The notes beneath the pieces are model-generated. The model was not told where the DNA came from. It worked only from the letters and a program-made list of their open reading frames with translations, and ran no database searches. The position numbers and the translations under genes were made by a program. Positions 8,781 to 18,070 of a stretch of 64,000 nt of DNA are shown piece after piece. Numbering within the stretch: the stretch's first letter is position 1; every line of letters starts with the position of its first letter. This DNA comes from an uncultured delta proteobacterium (GTDB lineage Bacteria > Myxococcota > Myxococcia > Myxococcales > Myxococcaceae): contig CAVQKE010000003.1 of NCBI GenBank assembly GCA_963713045.1, positions 448,001-512,000 of the forward strand. The letters are read 5' to 3'.

Positions 8781-10553
8781 ATGCCTGACGCTCAAACTGC
8801 TGTCGCTCACCTTGAAACTGTCCCGACCGCGAACAACCTGGCCGGCCAACTGTTGGGTGAAATCCTCGTAGTCCTTGCCAAGCTGGACCGGACTGCACTC
8901 GCCGAAGCACTCCAGGCCCAGGCAGATTCAGAGACCGGACGCATCGGCGAGCTGCTGGTCCAGCGTCGAGCCATCACGGCGGAGGACGTCGCCAGAGCGC
9001 TGGCGGCGCAGTTGGACTTCCCGTTCGCTGCCCGCATCGGCGTGGAACAAGTGGATGCGGAGCTCGCCCGGGCGATGCCCATTAACTTTGCGAAGCAATC
9101 GCGGCTGTTGCCGCTGCGACGCGAGGAGGGGTCGGTGGTGTTGGCGGTGGCGGACCCACTGGACACGACCGCGCTCGACCATGCGCGGATGCTGCTCGGA
9201 GCCTCCCTGCGTCCGGTGGTGGCCTCGGCCGATGCCATCGTCGATGCGATTAACGTGGTCTATGACCGGGCGTTGAACGAGGCCGAGCAGCTGGTCGGCG
9301 AGATGGAAGCGCAGGATGACCTGGACTCGCTCGCCCATGAATTGGAGGAGCCACAGGACCTCCTCGAGGCGGATGACGACGCACCCATCATCCGACTGGT
9401 CAACTCCCTCCTTTTCCGGGCGGCGAAGGAGCGCGCCAGCGACATCCACATCGAGCCGATGGAACGGGAGCTCATCGTCCGGTTCCGAATCGACGGCGTC
9501 CTGCATGAAGTCATCCGGCCACCCAAGCGCTACCAGAACTCCATCGTCAGCCGGGTCAAAGTGATGGGGCAGCTCAACATCGCCGAGAAGCGGCTCCCCC
9601 AAGACGGGCGGATCCGCATCAAGCTGGCCGGACGGGACATCGACATCCGTCTGTCAACCATTCCCAACGTCCACGGGGAGCGGATTGTGATGCGCCTCCT
9701 CGACAAGACCTCGACCTTGCTCGACTTGACCGAGATTGGAATGGACCGCGCCATCCTCGCCCAAGTGGAACAAGTGATTCGCCGTTCTCACGGCATCATT
9801 CTGGTCACCGGCCCGACCGGATCGGGAAAGACGACCACCCTCTACGCAGCGTTGACCATGATTAACACCCCCGACCTGAACATCCTCACGGTGGAGGACC
9901 CGGTCGAGTACCAGCTGCAGGGCATCAGCCAGATGGCCATCAACCCGAAAATTGGTCTGACCTTCGCCGCCGGACTGAGGAGCTTTCTGCGACAGGACCC
10001 GGACGTCATCATGGTCGGAGAAATTCGCGACCGGGATACCGCAGAAATCGCGATTCAAGCTTCGCTCACTGGCCACCTGGTGTTCTCGACGGTCCACACC
10101 AATGACTCCGCTGGAGCCATTACCCGGCTGGTGGACATGGGGGTGGAGCCCTTCCTGGTGGCCAGCTCGCTGACTGCGGTGCTGGCCCAACGTCTGGTCC
10201 GCCGACTGTGCACCGCCTGCCGAGAGCCCCATGTCCCCACCGTCGAGGAGCTGGCCGAGGTGGCAATGACGCAGGAACAGCTGGTGCGCGCGGGAAACCC
10301 ACCGCTCTACCGCGCGGCAGGCTGTGCGACCTGCGGTCAAAGCGGCTACCGCGGCCGCACAGGGATTTATGAATTCCTTCCGGTGGACGACGACATCAGA
10401 ACGCTGGCCATCAAAAACGTCGACTCCAACACCATCAAAAAGCAAGCGGTGAAACGGGGCATGACCACGCTTCTCGACGACGGCGCTCGCAAGGTGCTGG
10501 CGGGCGAGACCACCATTGCCGAGGTTCTCAGCGTGACCCAGGAGGACCTCTAG
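8781..10553 (+). CDS. gspE: Type II secretion ATPase GspE
   Basis: ASDIHIEP, GPTGSGKTTT, LRQDPDVIMVGEIRD, CxxC...CxxC zinc motif. Confidence 0.97.
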   Translation: MPDAQTAVAHLETVPTANNLAGQLLGEILVVLAKLDRTALAEALQAQADSETGRIGELLVQRRAITAEDVARALAAQLDFPFAARIGVEQVDAELARAMPINFAKQSRLLPLRREEGSVVLAVADPLDTTALDHARMLLGASLRPVVASADAIVDAINVVYDRALNEAEQLVGEMEAQDDLDSLAHELEEPQDLLEADDDAPIIRLVNSLLFRAAKERASDIHIEPMERELIVRFRIDGVLHEVIRPPKRYQNSIVSRVKVMGQLNIAEKRLPQDGRIRIKLAGRDIDIRLSTIPNVHGERIVMRLLDKTSTLLDLTEIGMDRAILAQVEQVIRRSHGIILVTGPTGSGKTTTLYAALTMINTPDLNILTVEDPVEYQLQGISQMAINPKIGLTFAAGLRSFLRQDPDVIMVGEIRDRDTAEIAIQASLTGHLVFSTVHTNDSAGAITRLVDMGVEPFLVASSLTAVLAQRLVRRLCTACREPHVPTVEELAEVAMTQEQLVRAGNPPLYRAAGCATCGQSGYRGRTGIYEFLPVDDDIRTLAIKNVDSNTIKKQAVKRGMTTLLDDGARKVLAGETTIAEVLSVTQEDL

Positions 10554-10565
10554 GTCCAGCACGCC

Positions 10566-11804
10566 ATGCCGGTCTTCGAGTACAGGGGCCTCAGTACGGC
10601 CGGGAAGCAAGTCACCGGACTTCTGGAGGCCGACAGCAGCAAGGCCCTCCGGGCGCAGCTGCGCAAGACGAACATTTTCCTGACCGACGTGCTCGGGCAA
10701 TCCGAGGCGCGCACCGGTCGAAAGGCGGCCGCCGACCGGGAGGTCCAGTTCGGCCGGTTCTTCCGCGGACGAGTCACCACAGAAGACGTCGCAATCATCA
10801 CCCGACAGCTCTCGACGCTGCTCCACGCGGGGGTGACGCTGGTGGAGAGCCTCGCCGCGCTGGTGGACCAGACCGAAAAGGAGCGGCTGAAGCGAATTCT
10901 GTCCGACGTCAAACAGCGGGTGAACGAGGGAAGTTCACTCGCCGACGCGCTCGGCCAACATCCAAAAGTTTTCGGAAACCTGTACGTCAACATGGTGCGG
11001 GCTGGCGAGGCGTCGGGAGCGCTCGACGCCGTGCTGGCACGGCTGGCGGACTTCACCGAGGGGCAGGCCAAGCTCAAACAGAAGCTCATCGGCACTCTCA
11101 TTTACCCGGCCATCATGTGCGTCATCGGCGGGGGCATTCTGGTGATGCTGATGACCGTCGTCGTGCCCAAGGTGACGCGCATCTTCGAGACGATGCGCGC
11201 CACGCTGCCTTGGACCACGCGTCTGTTGATTTTTGTCAGCGCCACGCTCTCCAGCTGGTGGTGGCTGATTATCCCTCTGGTGTTGGGGGGCGCCGCATCG
11301 GCAGTCGCCTGGACGCGCAGTCCCAAGGGTCGTCCGGTGTTCGACGCCTGGGTTCTCAAGCTGCCGGTCGCCGGTTCGCTGCTCCGGATGCTGCTCGTCT
11401 CGCGGTTCAGCCGCACCCTCGCCACCCTTCTCAAAGCGGGAGTGCCGATGCTCACCGCGATGGACATCACCAAGAATGTCGTCACCAACACCGTCCTGGC
11501 CGGCGTGGTGGAGATGGCTCGCGACGCCATTCGCGAGGGCGAGAGCATCGCCGGGCCGCTCAAGCGCTCGGGTCAGTTCCCTCCCCTGGTGCACCACATG
11601 GTCGCCGTCGGCGAGCGCTCCGGCCAGCTGGAGGAGATGCTGCTCAACGTTGCGGACACTTATGAAACCCAGGTCAACGTGCGACTGGGCGCGCTGACGG
11701 CGCTCCTCGAGCCGCTGATCATCGTCGCGATGGGTGCAATCATCGCCTTCGTCGCCTTCTCAATCCTGATGCCAATTCTTCAGCTCAACACCACCATTCG
11801 CTAA
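10566..11804 (+). CDS. gspF: Type II secretion inner membrane platform protein GspF
   Basis: Two GspF repeats (GEASGAL, GERSGQL), three TM segments, LLEP motif. Confidence 0.95.
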   Translation: MPVFEYRGLSTAGKQVTGLLEADSSKALRAQLRKTNIFLTDVLGQSEARTGRKAAADREVQFGRFFRGRVTTEDVAIITRQLSTLLHAGVTLVESLAALVDQTEKERLKRILSDVKQRVNEGSSLADALGQHPKVFGNLYVNMVRAGEASGALDAVLARLADFTEGQAKLKQKLIGTLIYPAIMCVIGGGILVMLMTVVVPKVTRIFETMRATLPWTTRLLIFVSATLSSWWWLIIPLVLGGAASAVAWTRSPKGRPVFDAWVLKLPVAGSLLRMLLVSRFSRTLATLLKAGVPMLTAMDITKNVVTNTVLAGVVEMARDAIREGESIAGPLKRSGQFPPLVHHMVAVGERSGQLEEMLLNVADTYETQVNVRLGALTALLEPLIIVAMGAIIAFVAFSILMPILQLNTTIR

Positions 11805-11822
11805 GCGAAGACGCGGACTTCC

Positions 11823-11966
11823 ATGGACAGGATGCTCAATCGGTGGGTACAGGTGATTACAGCAGCGGCAGTGCTCGCGCTCGCCGCAGCGCTCATCGCC
11901 GTCGGTTTCAACTACTACGGGCACGGGGACCATTCGTCCTCGGCGCAACGAACGGAGGTTCGCTGA
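11823..11966 (+). CDS. Small single-pass membrane protein (47 aa), not in ORF track
   Basis: MDRMLNRWVQVITAAAVLALAAALIAVGFNYYGHGDHSSSAQRTEVR; fills the gspF-gspG gap; TGATG stop/start overlap with gspG. Confidence 0.65.
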   Translation: MDRMLNRWVQVITAAAVLALAAALIAVGFNYYGHGDHSSSAQRTEVR

Positions 11967-12379
11967 TGCGACGACTTTCTCGGCAGCATCGTCGTGCGGA
12001 ACGCGGCATGACGCTCATCGAAATCATGGTGGTGATTACCATCATCGGACTCATCGCGGCCGCGGTCACGGTGGCCGTTCTTCCTCAGCTCCAGAAGGCG
12101 CAGATCGACCGCGTCAACCTCGACATCAAGCAAATCGAAGGCGGTCTCAAGCTGTACTACGCCAAGAAGGGGAACTACCCCGACACCGCCACCGGGCTGA
12201 AGGGCCTCGTGGACCAGCAGATTCTGGACAAGGTGCCCCAAGACCCGTGGAACCACGATTACCTCTACGTGCTCGAGCGCGGGAAGCCCATCATCACCAG
12301 CTACGGACGCGACGGAGTGCCTGGAGGCGAAGGGCCCGACGCCGACATCTCCAACCGACCGGATCAGAAGCAGCCTTAA
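11966..12379 (+). CDS. gspG: Major pseudopilin GspG
   Basis: GGAGGT RBS; prepilin motif G|MTLIE; YP..GL..L, DPW, S.G.DG..GGEG..ADI signature. Confidence 0.95.
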   Translation: MRRLSRQHRRAERGMTLIEIMVVITIIGLIAAAVTVAVLPQLQKAQIDRVNLDIKQIEGGLKLYYAKKGNYPDTATGLKGLVDQQILDKVPQDPWNHDYLYVLERGKPIITSYGRDGVPGGEGPDADISNRPDQKQP

Positions 12380-12475
12380 ATGAACGAACGTCGCCAGCCC
12401 GGGTGGAAGGCCGGGCGTCTGGGAACGTGCGCCGGGCGCCTCGGGAAGGGCATCCCCGGGGCCACTCGCAGCGTG

Positions 12476-13156
12476 ATGCGCGCCTTTCGCCCCCGGCCTG
12501 GCTTTACATTGATTGAGGTGATGGTGGTCATCGCCATCGCGGCGACGCTTCTCGGTGCGGCCGTCGTCGGGATTGGGGCCCTCACCGGGGCACGGGCACG
12601 TTCTGCGTTGGCTGAGCTCGGCGGGGCCATGCGAGCGCTCTATGACCGCGCCGCACTGACCGGCCACACCTGCCGAATGGTGTTTGACCTGCCGCCCGGT
12701 GACGCCAGTGGATTCAGCTACCGCGCCGAGTGCGCCACGCACGCCGTGACCAGCGTCAGCAACCGCGACCAGGCGCTGAGGGAAGACAACCTGGCGCGCG
12801 CCGATGCCGCCAAGCGAGGCGATTCCGGCGGTTTCTCTCAGCGCAGCGGCACCTCCTTGCTCGACGTCCTGTCGCGGGAGAAGGACCGGGTGGAGACGGC
12901 AGCGAAGTTCTCCGTCTTCGTCTCGCCAGAAATCGAGCCCCGCCGTGTCTCGGGCGTGAAGCTCAGCGTGTGGACTCCACATCAACGCCAGCCGGCCCGG
13001 AGCGGGTTGGCCTATGTCTACTTCTTCCCGCAGGGCTCGGTGGAGCGCGCCCAACTCACGGCACGACAGGGGGACAGCGTCTGGACACTCACCGTGTCCC
13101 CAGTCACCGGGAAAACGACGGTGGTGGATGGCGAACCGGAGATTCCGAAGTCGTGA
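12476..13156 (+). CDS. gspH: Minor pseudopilin GspH-like
   Basis: G|FTLIE prepilin motif; YFFPQG; position after gspG; start could be ATG 12380. Confidence 0.8.
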   Translation: MRAFRPRPGFTLIEVMVVIAIAATLLGAAVVGIGALTGARARSALAELGGAMRALYDRAALTGHTCRMVFDLPPGDASGFSYRAECATHAVTSVSNRDQALREDNLARADAAKRGDSGGFSQRSGTSLLDVLSREKDRVETAAKFSVFVSPEIEPRRVSGVKLSVWTPHQRQPARSGLAYVYFFPQGSVERAQLTARQGDSVWTLTVSPVTGKTTVVDGEPEIPKS

Positions 13157-13992
13157 AGCAGCGTGGCTTTACACTGCTGGAGGTGGTGGTGGCGATGGCC
13201 ATCCTGGGCCTCGCGTTGCTCGCAATCTTCGACCTCAACTCCGGAGCTGTGGCCAGCCACGCGTATGTCAAACGCATCACGGTCGCCACACAGCTGGCTC
13301 GCGCCAAGATGACGGACCTCGAGCAGGAGCTCTACGACAAGGGCTTCGAGCTCGACGACGTGGAACGTTCCGGAGACTTCGCCGCTGAGGGCTGGAGCGG
13401 CTACACCTGGAAGGCGCGCATTCTGGCGCCCCACACCGCGGGCGTCAGCGCCGACAAGCTGCTGGAGGCCCTCTTCAGCCTGCCTCCCGGCGAGGGTGGA
13501 GGGCTGGCTTCACTGTTTGGAAGTCTTGGAGGGGCGGACGGCGGCCTCGGCAGTCTGGCCTCATCGCTTTCCGGCGGAACGGGGCCACTCCCCCCCGGCG
13601 CCACCGGGCCCTCCGGGACCCAGGCGCTCGGACCCTTCGGCACCCTCGCCGAGACGCAGACCACCCAACTGCTCGACCAAATCCGCCGCGGCGTCCGCGA
13701 GGTGCGCCTCACCATCTCCTGGAAAGAGGGCGCCCGCACCGAATCCCTCGACCTGGTGACCCAGGTGGTGTCTCTGCAGCAGGGCTCAGACCGAAACGGC
13801 ACCCCCGGAGTGGCGCTCAACACCCCCAGCACCACCGTGCCCGGAGCTCCCGCCGCGCACACCGCGGGAAATCCCTTTGCCCCCCCGGGAAGTAACTCAC
13901 CGTGGGTACCAGGGACGGCGGCTCCTCAGGCCCCACCGCCGATTACCTCGCCCAAGATCTGGCCAGGATCCAGGATTCCAGGTGGGGGGTAA
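13153..13992 (+). CDS. gspI: Minor pseudopilin GspI-like
   Basis: GTGA overlap; MKQRG|FTLLE prepilin motif; Gly-rich insert and Pro-rich tail. Confidence 0.8.
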   Translation: MKQRGFTLLEVVVAMAILGLALLAIFDLNSGAVASHAYVKRITVATQLARAKMTDLEQELYDKGFELDDVERSGDFAAEGWSGYTWKARILAPHTAGVSADKLLEALFSLPPGEGGGLASLFGSLGGADGGLGSLASSLSGGTGPLPPGATGPSGTQALGPFGTLAETQTTQLLDQIRRGVREVRLTISWKEGARTESLDLVTQVVSLQQGSDRNGTPGVALNTPSTTVPGAPAAHTAGNPFAPPGSNSPWVPGTAAPQAPPPITSPKIWPGSRIPGGG

Positions 13993-13996
13993 CGGA

Positions 13997-14671
13997 GTGG
14001 GACGCCGCGGCTTCACACTTCTGGAAATCATCGTGGCGGTGGCCATCACCGCGATGATTGGCGTCATCATCGCGACTGCTTTCACGAGCGGCTTCCGCGC
14101 CAAGGAATTGGTGGAAGACGAGGCGGAGCAATACCGAGGGCTTCGCACCACCATGGACCGGATGGTGCGCGAGATTGGCGCCGCCTTCGTCAGCGACCGC
14201 TATGACCAACGCCGCTACCGCGACCAAAACGACCGGCCCACCAACTTCATCGGCGAGCGCGACAGGCTGCTCTTCACTTCCCTCGCCCATCAGCGGCTCT
14301 ACGCCGACGCCAAGGAGTCCGATCAAATGGTGGTGGAGTACACGGTGCACGCCTCGACCAAGAAGGGCGCCGGGCGCGGCCAGCAGGATTTGATGCGCCG
14401 GGAAAACCCCAACCTCTACGGCGAAGACAAGATGGACCGCGGCGGCGTCGAGGACGTGTTGCTCGAAAACGTGAAGCGAGTGGAGTTCTCCTATTGGGAC
14501 TCGGACCAGAAAGACTGGGTCAATGAGTGGGACACGCGCAAGATCGAGAAAAAATCCATTCTCCCCACGCGCGTCCGCATCACCCTCATTCGGGTCGACG
14601 AAAGTGGTCACGAGCGGTCCTACAGCACTGAGACGCGCATCATGTTGAACACCGAGATTCCGAGATTTTGA
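13997..14671 (+). CDS. gspJ: Minor pseudopilin GspJ
   Basis: RRG|FTLLE prepilin motif; W...W and LP.RVRITL C-terminal pattern. Confidence 0.85.
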   Translation: MGRRGFTLLEIIVAVAITAMIGVIIATAFTSGFRAKELVEDEAEQYRGLRTTMDRMVREIGAAFVSDRYDQRRYRDQNDRPTNFIGERDRLLFTSLAHQRLYADAKESDQMVVEYTVHASTKKGAGRGQQDLMRRENPNLYGEDKMDRGGVEDVLLENVKRVEFSYWDSDQKDWVNEWDTRKIEKKSILPTRVRITLIRVDESGHERSYSTETRIMLNTEIPRF

Positions 14672-15936
14672 TGGCATCGACGCCGAAAAAAGAGCGGGGA
14701 GTGGCGCTGCTGATTGTGGTGGTGTCCATCGCCGTCCTGGCGACAGTCGCAGCAGAGTTCGCATACAGCTCGCGCGTGGACTTGGAGTTGGCGACCCACG
14801 AGCGCGATGCGCTCCGAGCCGAATACCTTGCGCGAGGCGGGTTGGGCATGGCCCGGCTTCTCCTTCAATTCCAGAAGCAGATTGACGTTTCGATGCAGAC
14901 GCTGTCCTCCAGCATTCCCGGGCTCGCGCCCGGCAGCATCAACCTGCAACTGTGGAGAATGGCGCACATCGACTGTCAGACGCTGGGGCGGTTTCTCCCC
15001 GACGCGGTGGACGCTGGCTTTGGAGCCGCAAAGAAGAAGACTTCTGACCCGCGACTGGGCGATGCGAAGTCGGCCGCGCTGGGCACTCCCTTCATCGACT
15101 ACGGAACGTTCCGCGGCTGCTACGGCAGTCTCATCGAAGACGAGGAAGCCAAACTCAACGTCAACCAGTTGGACAGCCTGCTCACCTCTGGCGCCGGAGG
15201 GGTGGCGGTGCAGCGCCTCTACTTGCTGCTCACCGACAAGCGCTTCGAGTTCGTCTTTGACCGAGAAGACGCCAACAATGTGAAAATCACCGCCACTGAC
15301 GCCGTCATCAACATCAAAGACTGGGCGGATACAGACGACCTCGTTTCCGCGCTCGCCGTCAGCCCCACTGGAGTGCAGGTCAGTGCTGGCTTCGCGGACG
15401 AGCCCGGCCTCTACAGCAAATACCTTCCTCGCTACCGACCGAAGAACGCCTCGATGGATTCGCTCGACGAGCTGTACTTCGTCCATGGCGTCGGAGACCG
15501 ATTCATGGCGGCCTTCGGTGACCGGCTGACCGTCTATCCCGACGTCAATGCGCTGCTCAACGTCAATACCGACGACCCCATTGTCCTGGCACTGGCGGTG
15601 CGAACTGCCGCTGACCCGGCCAAACCCGACGGTCGACTTTCCGACCCAGTCTTCCTCGACGCCCTTGTTCAAAAAATCGCAGCTGCTCGCCTGCTTAGCC
15701 CGATGGGGATGACCGTCTCCGACTTCATCAGCGTGCTGGTCCAAGCGGGCATCGCGGTCAATCCGCAGATTACCAGCAACCTGCAGGGAAATTCCTTCCT
15801 CGGCGACCACACCAAGACGTTTCGGATTTCGGTCACCGGTGAGGTCGCCGATGTGCAGCGGACGGTCACTGCGGTGGTGCGCATCACTCAGCCCCAGGAC
15901 GGCCTGGGCCGGCTACTGTACTGGAAGGTGGACTGA
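14671..15936 (+). CDS. gspK: Minor pseudopilin GspK
   Basis: ERG|VALLIV (no E5, typical of GspK); DEEAKLNVN, IKDWAD.D, LNVNT motifs. Confidence 0.9.
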   Translation: MASTPKKERGVALLIVVVSIAVLATVAAEFAYSSRVDLELATHERDALRAEYLARGGLGMARLLLQFQKQIDVSMQTLSSSIPGLAPGSINLQLWRMAHIDCQTLGRFLPDAVDAGFGAAKKKTSDPRLGDAKSAALGTPFIDYGTFRGCYGSLIEDEEAKLNVNQLDSLLTSGAGGVAVQRLYLLLTDKRFEFVFDREDANNVKITATDAVINIKDWADTDDLVSALAVSPTGVQVSAGFADEPGLYSKYLPRYRPKNASMDSLDELYFVHGVGDRFMAAFGDRLTVYPDVNALLNVNTDDPIVLALAVRTAADPAKPDGRLSDPVFLDALVQKIAAARLLSPMGMTVSDFISVLVQAGIAVNPQITSNLQGNSFLGDHTKTFRISVTGEVADVQRTVTAVVRITQPQDGLGRLLYWKVD

Positions 15937-15942
15937 GCCCAC

Positions 15943-17502
15943 ATGCCCCGAATTCTTGGGCTCGACCTGGGTAGCTATGCGGTCAAGGCGGTGCTGCTCG
16001 ACGTGGGCCGGAGCACGTCGCTCGCCGGCTGGGCGGAAATCCGCCGCGGTGAGGGCACCCTGTCGGAGTCGCTTCGGGCCGCATTGGCCACCCTGCGGGC
16101 CGAGCACCCGTGGCAGACCGACCAGGTGGTGGTCGCCATGCCTGGCACATCGCTGGCCACCCATGCCTTGGTGCTCCCTTTCAAGGACGCCAAGCGCCTG
16201 GAGGCGGCGCTGCCATTCGAAGTCGAGAGTCAGCTTCCGGTGGAACTCGAGGACGTCGTCTTCGACTACCAGCCCGGGCAGCGGACCGAGCAGGGCACCG
16301 AATTGTTGGTTGGAGTCGTCCAAAAAAGCGAGGTGCGCTCGCTGCTGGAACTTCTGTCCCAGGCTGGCTTCGAGCCGCGCGTGGTCACCCATCCCGCCCT
16401 CGTTTACCGGTCGCTCTTCGTCGGGCGCCCGGAGCTGCTCGGCGTCAAAGCGGGCAGCCTCGCAGCGCTGGTCGACATCGGCCACGAGCGGACCTGCGTG
16501 GCCATTGGACACCCGGGCCAGGGGCTCACCTATGCGCGCGTCCTCTCCGGAGGTGGACGTGACATCACGCTGGGATTGGAGCGCGAGTTTGGCGTCTCGT
16601 CTGCCGACGCCGAGCGTTGGAAGGAACAAGATAGCTCGCTTGCGTCGGTCGGCGGCCCAGAGCATGCGCGCGCTCGAGAGGCCATCCGCGCAGCACTTCA
16701 ACCGCTGACGCGCGAGGTGCGCTCCACGCTGAAGGCGGCCGCGGGCCGTGACCGTCGACCGGTGGACCAGCTGCTACTCTGCGGTGGCACTTCGCAACTG
16801 CCGGGCTTACCCGAGGCCTGGGCCGCAGAGCTCGGCTTACCGACCAAGCTCTTGCCGACCGCCGAGCAGGCCGACCTGGGCCCGGAGCTACGCTCCAAGG
16901 CCGCCCAGGCCTGGGCCCTCGCGCTTCGCGGCAGCAGCCGAACCGACCGCTTCAATTTTCGGCGCGGAGACCAAGCGTTTTCGGGTCAGCTGGACGTGCT
17001 GCGCGGCCGCATTCCTCAGCTGGCCGTCTTCGCCGGGGTGCTGGTGGCACTGCTGGTCACATTCGGCGTCGTCCGCAGCGCCCTTCTCGGCCGTCGAGAG
17101 GCAACAGTCGATGCTCAGCTGTGCGAGCTGACGCGCCGGGTGCTGGGGACTTGCGAACGCAACTACGACCGGGCCCTCAACCTGCTTCGGGGTAAGGAGA
17201 GTCCAGCGGCTGCGCTGCCCAAGGTGTCCGCCGCAGGGCTGCTGGCTGAGGTCGCCGCTCGCGTTCCGGCGGATATGACACTCAAGCTCGACCAGTTGGT
17301 GGTGGACCTGGACCGGGTGCAGATGCGGGGTGAGACCGACAGCTCTAAGAGCATCGACCGGCTGGCAACGGCCTTGAAGACCTTCCGCTGTTTTCGCGAC
17401 GTGAAGGAAGGCAAAGTTGAGCGCACCAAGGACGGTGCCGGCGTCACCTTTCAGCTCGACGTACTCGTGGATTGCGGCGAACCGACGCCGCCGGCAGGGT
17501 GA
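15943..17502 (+). CDS. gspL: GspL (PilM-like actin-fold cytoplasmic domain, TM and periplasmic domain)
   Basis: ILGLDLGS..VKAV, LVDIGHE, LCGGTS.L.GL actin-like motifs; single TM. Confidence 0.85.
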   Translation: MPRILGLDLGSYAVKAVLLDVGRSTSLAGWAEIRRGEGTLSESLRAALATLRAEHPWQTDQVVVAMPGTSLATHALVLPFKDAKRLEAALPFEVESQLPVELEDVVFDYQPGQRTEQGTELLVGVVQKSEVRSLLELLSQAGFEPRVVTHPALVYRSLFVGRPELLGVKAGSLAALVDIGHERTCVAIGHPGQGLTYARVLSGGGRDITLGLEREFGVSSADAERWKEQDSSLASVGGPEHARAREAIRAALQPLTREVRSTLKAAAGRDRRPVDQLLLCGGTSQLPGLPEAWAAELGLPTKLLPTAEQADLGPELRSKAAQAWALALRGSSRTDRFNFRRGDQAFSGQLDVLRGRIPQLAVFAGVLVALLVTFGVVRSALLGRREATVDAQLCELTRRVLGTCERNYDRALNLLRGKESPAAALPKVSAAGLLAEVAARVPADMTLKLDQLVVDLDRVQMRGETDSSKSIDRLATALKTFRCFRDVKEGKVERTKDGAGVTFQLDVLVDCGEPTPPAG

Positions 17503-17506
17503 GGCG

Positions 17507-18070
17507 ATGGACCAGCTGAGAGAGCTCTGGGCAAACGCACAGACCTGGTTCAACGGCCTCTCCCGCCGAGAAAAGGTCCTTTTGGCCTCGGCCAGTGCAG
17601 CGGTGGTTTTCTTCGTCTTCTTCGTGACGCTTTTCTCTCTGGCCAATGCCGCGGCGGATACGCGCCGGCGAACGGAAAGCAAGCTGTCCCAGCTCGCCGA
17701 AGCGCAAGCCTTGTCCCAAAGCTACGCCGAAGCGGAGCGCGTACGAAAAGCCGACGAAGCGCAGCTTTCTACCAGTGGCGTCAGCCTCATCACCTACATC
17801 GTCGAGAGGGGGACCGAAGCCGGCCTGGACATTCCCGCCCTAACGCCCAAGGCCGACGCTCCGGTCGGAGACGGCCGAATCATCGAGAGCACTGTCGAGC
17901 TCACCCTCACCGACGTTCCCCTTTCCAAGCTGGCTGCCTTCCTTTCCGCGGTTGAGCGGGGTCCAGGAATGGTGAAGGTGAAGTCGCTTCGCATCGAGCC
18001 CCGCCCGAAGGACAACGTCCTGACTGCATGGGCCACGGTTTCGACCTACAAACTGAAGGAAGCTCCGTGA
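17507..18070 (+). CDS. gspM: GspM
   Basis: W..LS.RE motif followed by TM and coiled coil; position in cluster. Confidence 0.85.
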   Translation: MDQLRELWANAQTWFNGLSRREKVLLASASAAVVFFVFFVTLFSLANAAADTRRRTESKLSQLAEAQALSQSYAEAERVRKADEAQLSTSGVSLITYIVERGTEAGLDIPALTPKADAPVGDGRIIESTVELTLTDVPLSKLAAFLSAVERGPGMVKVKSLRIEPRPKDNVLTAWATVSTYKLKEAP

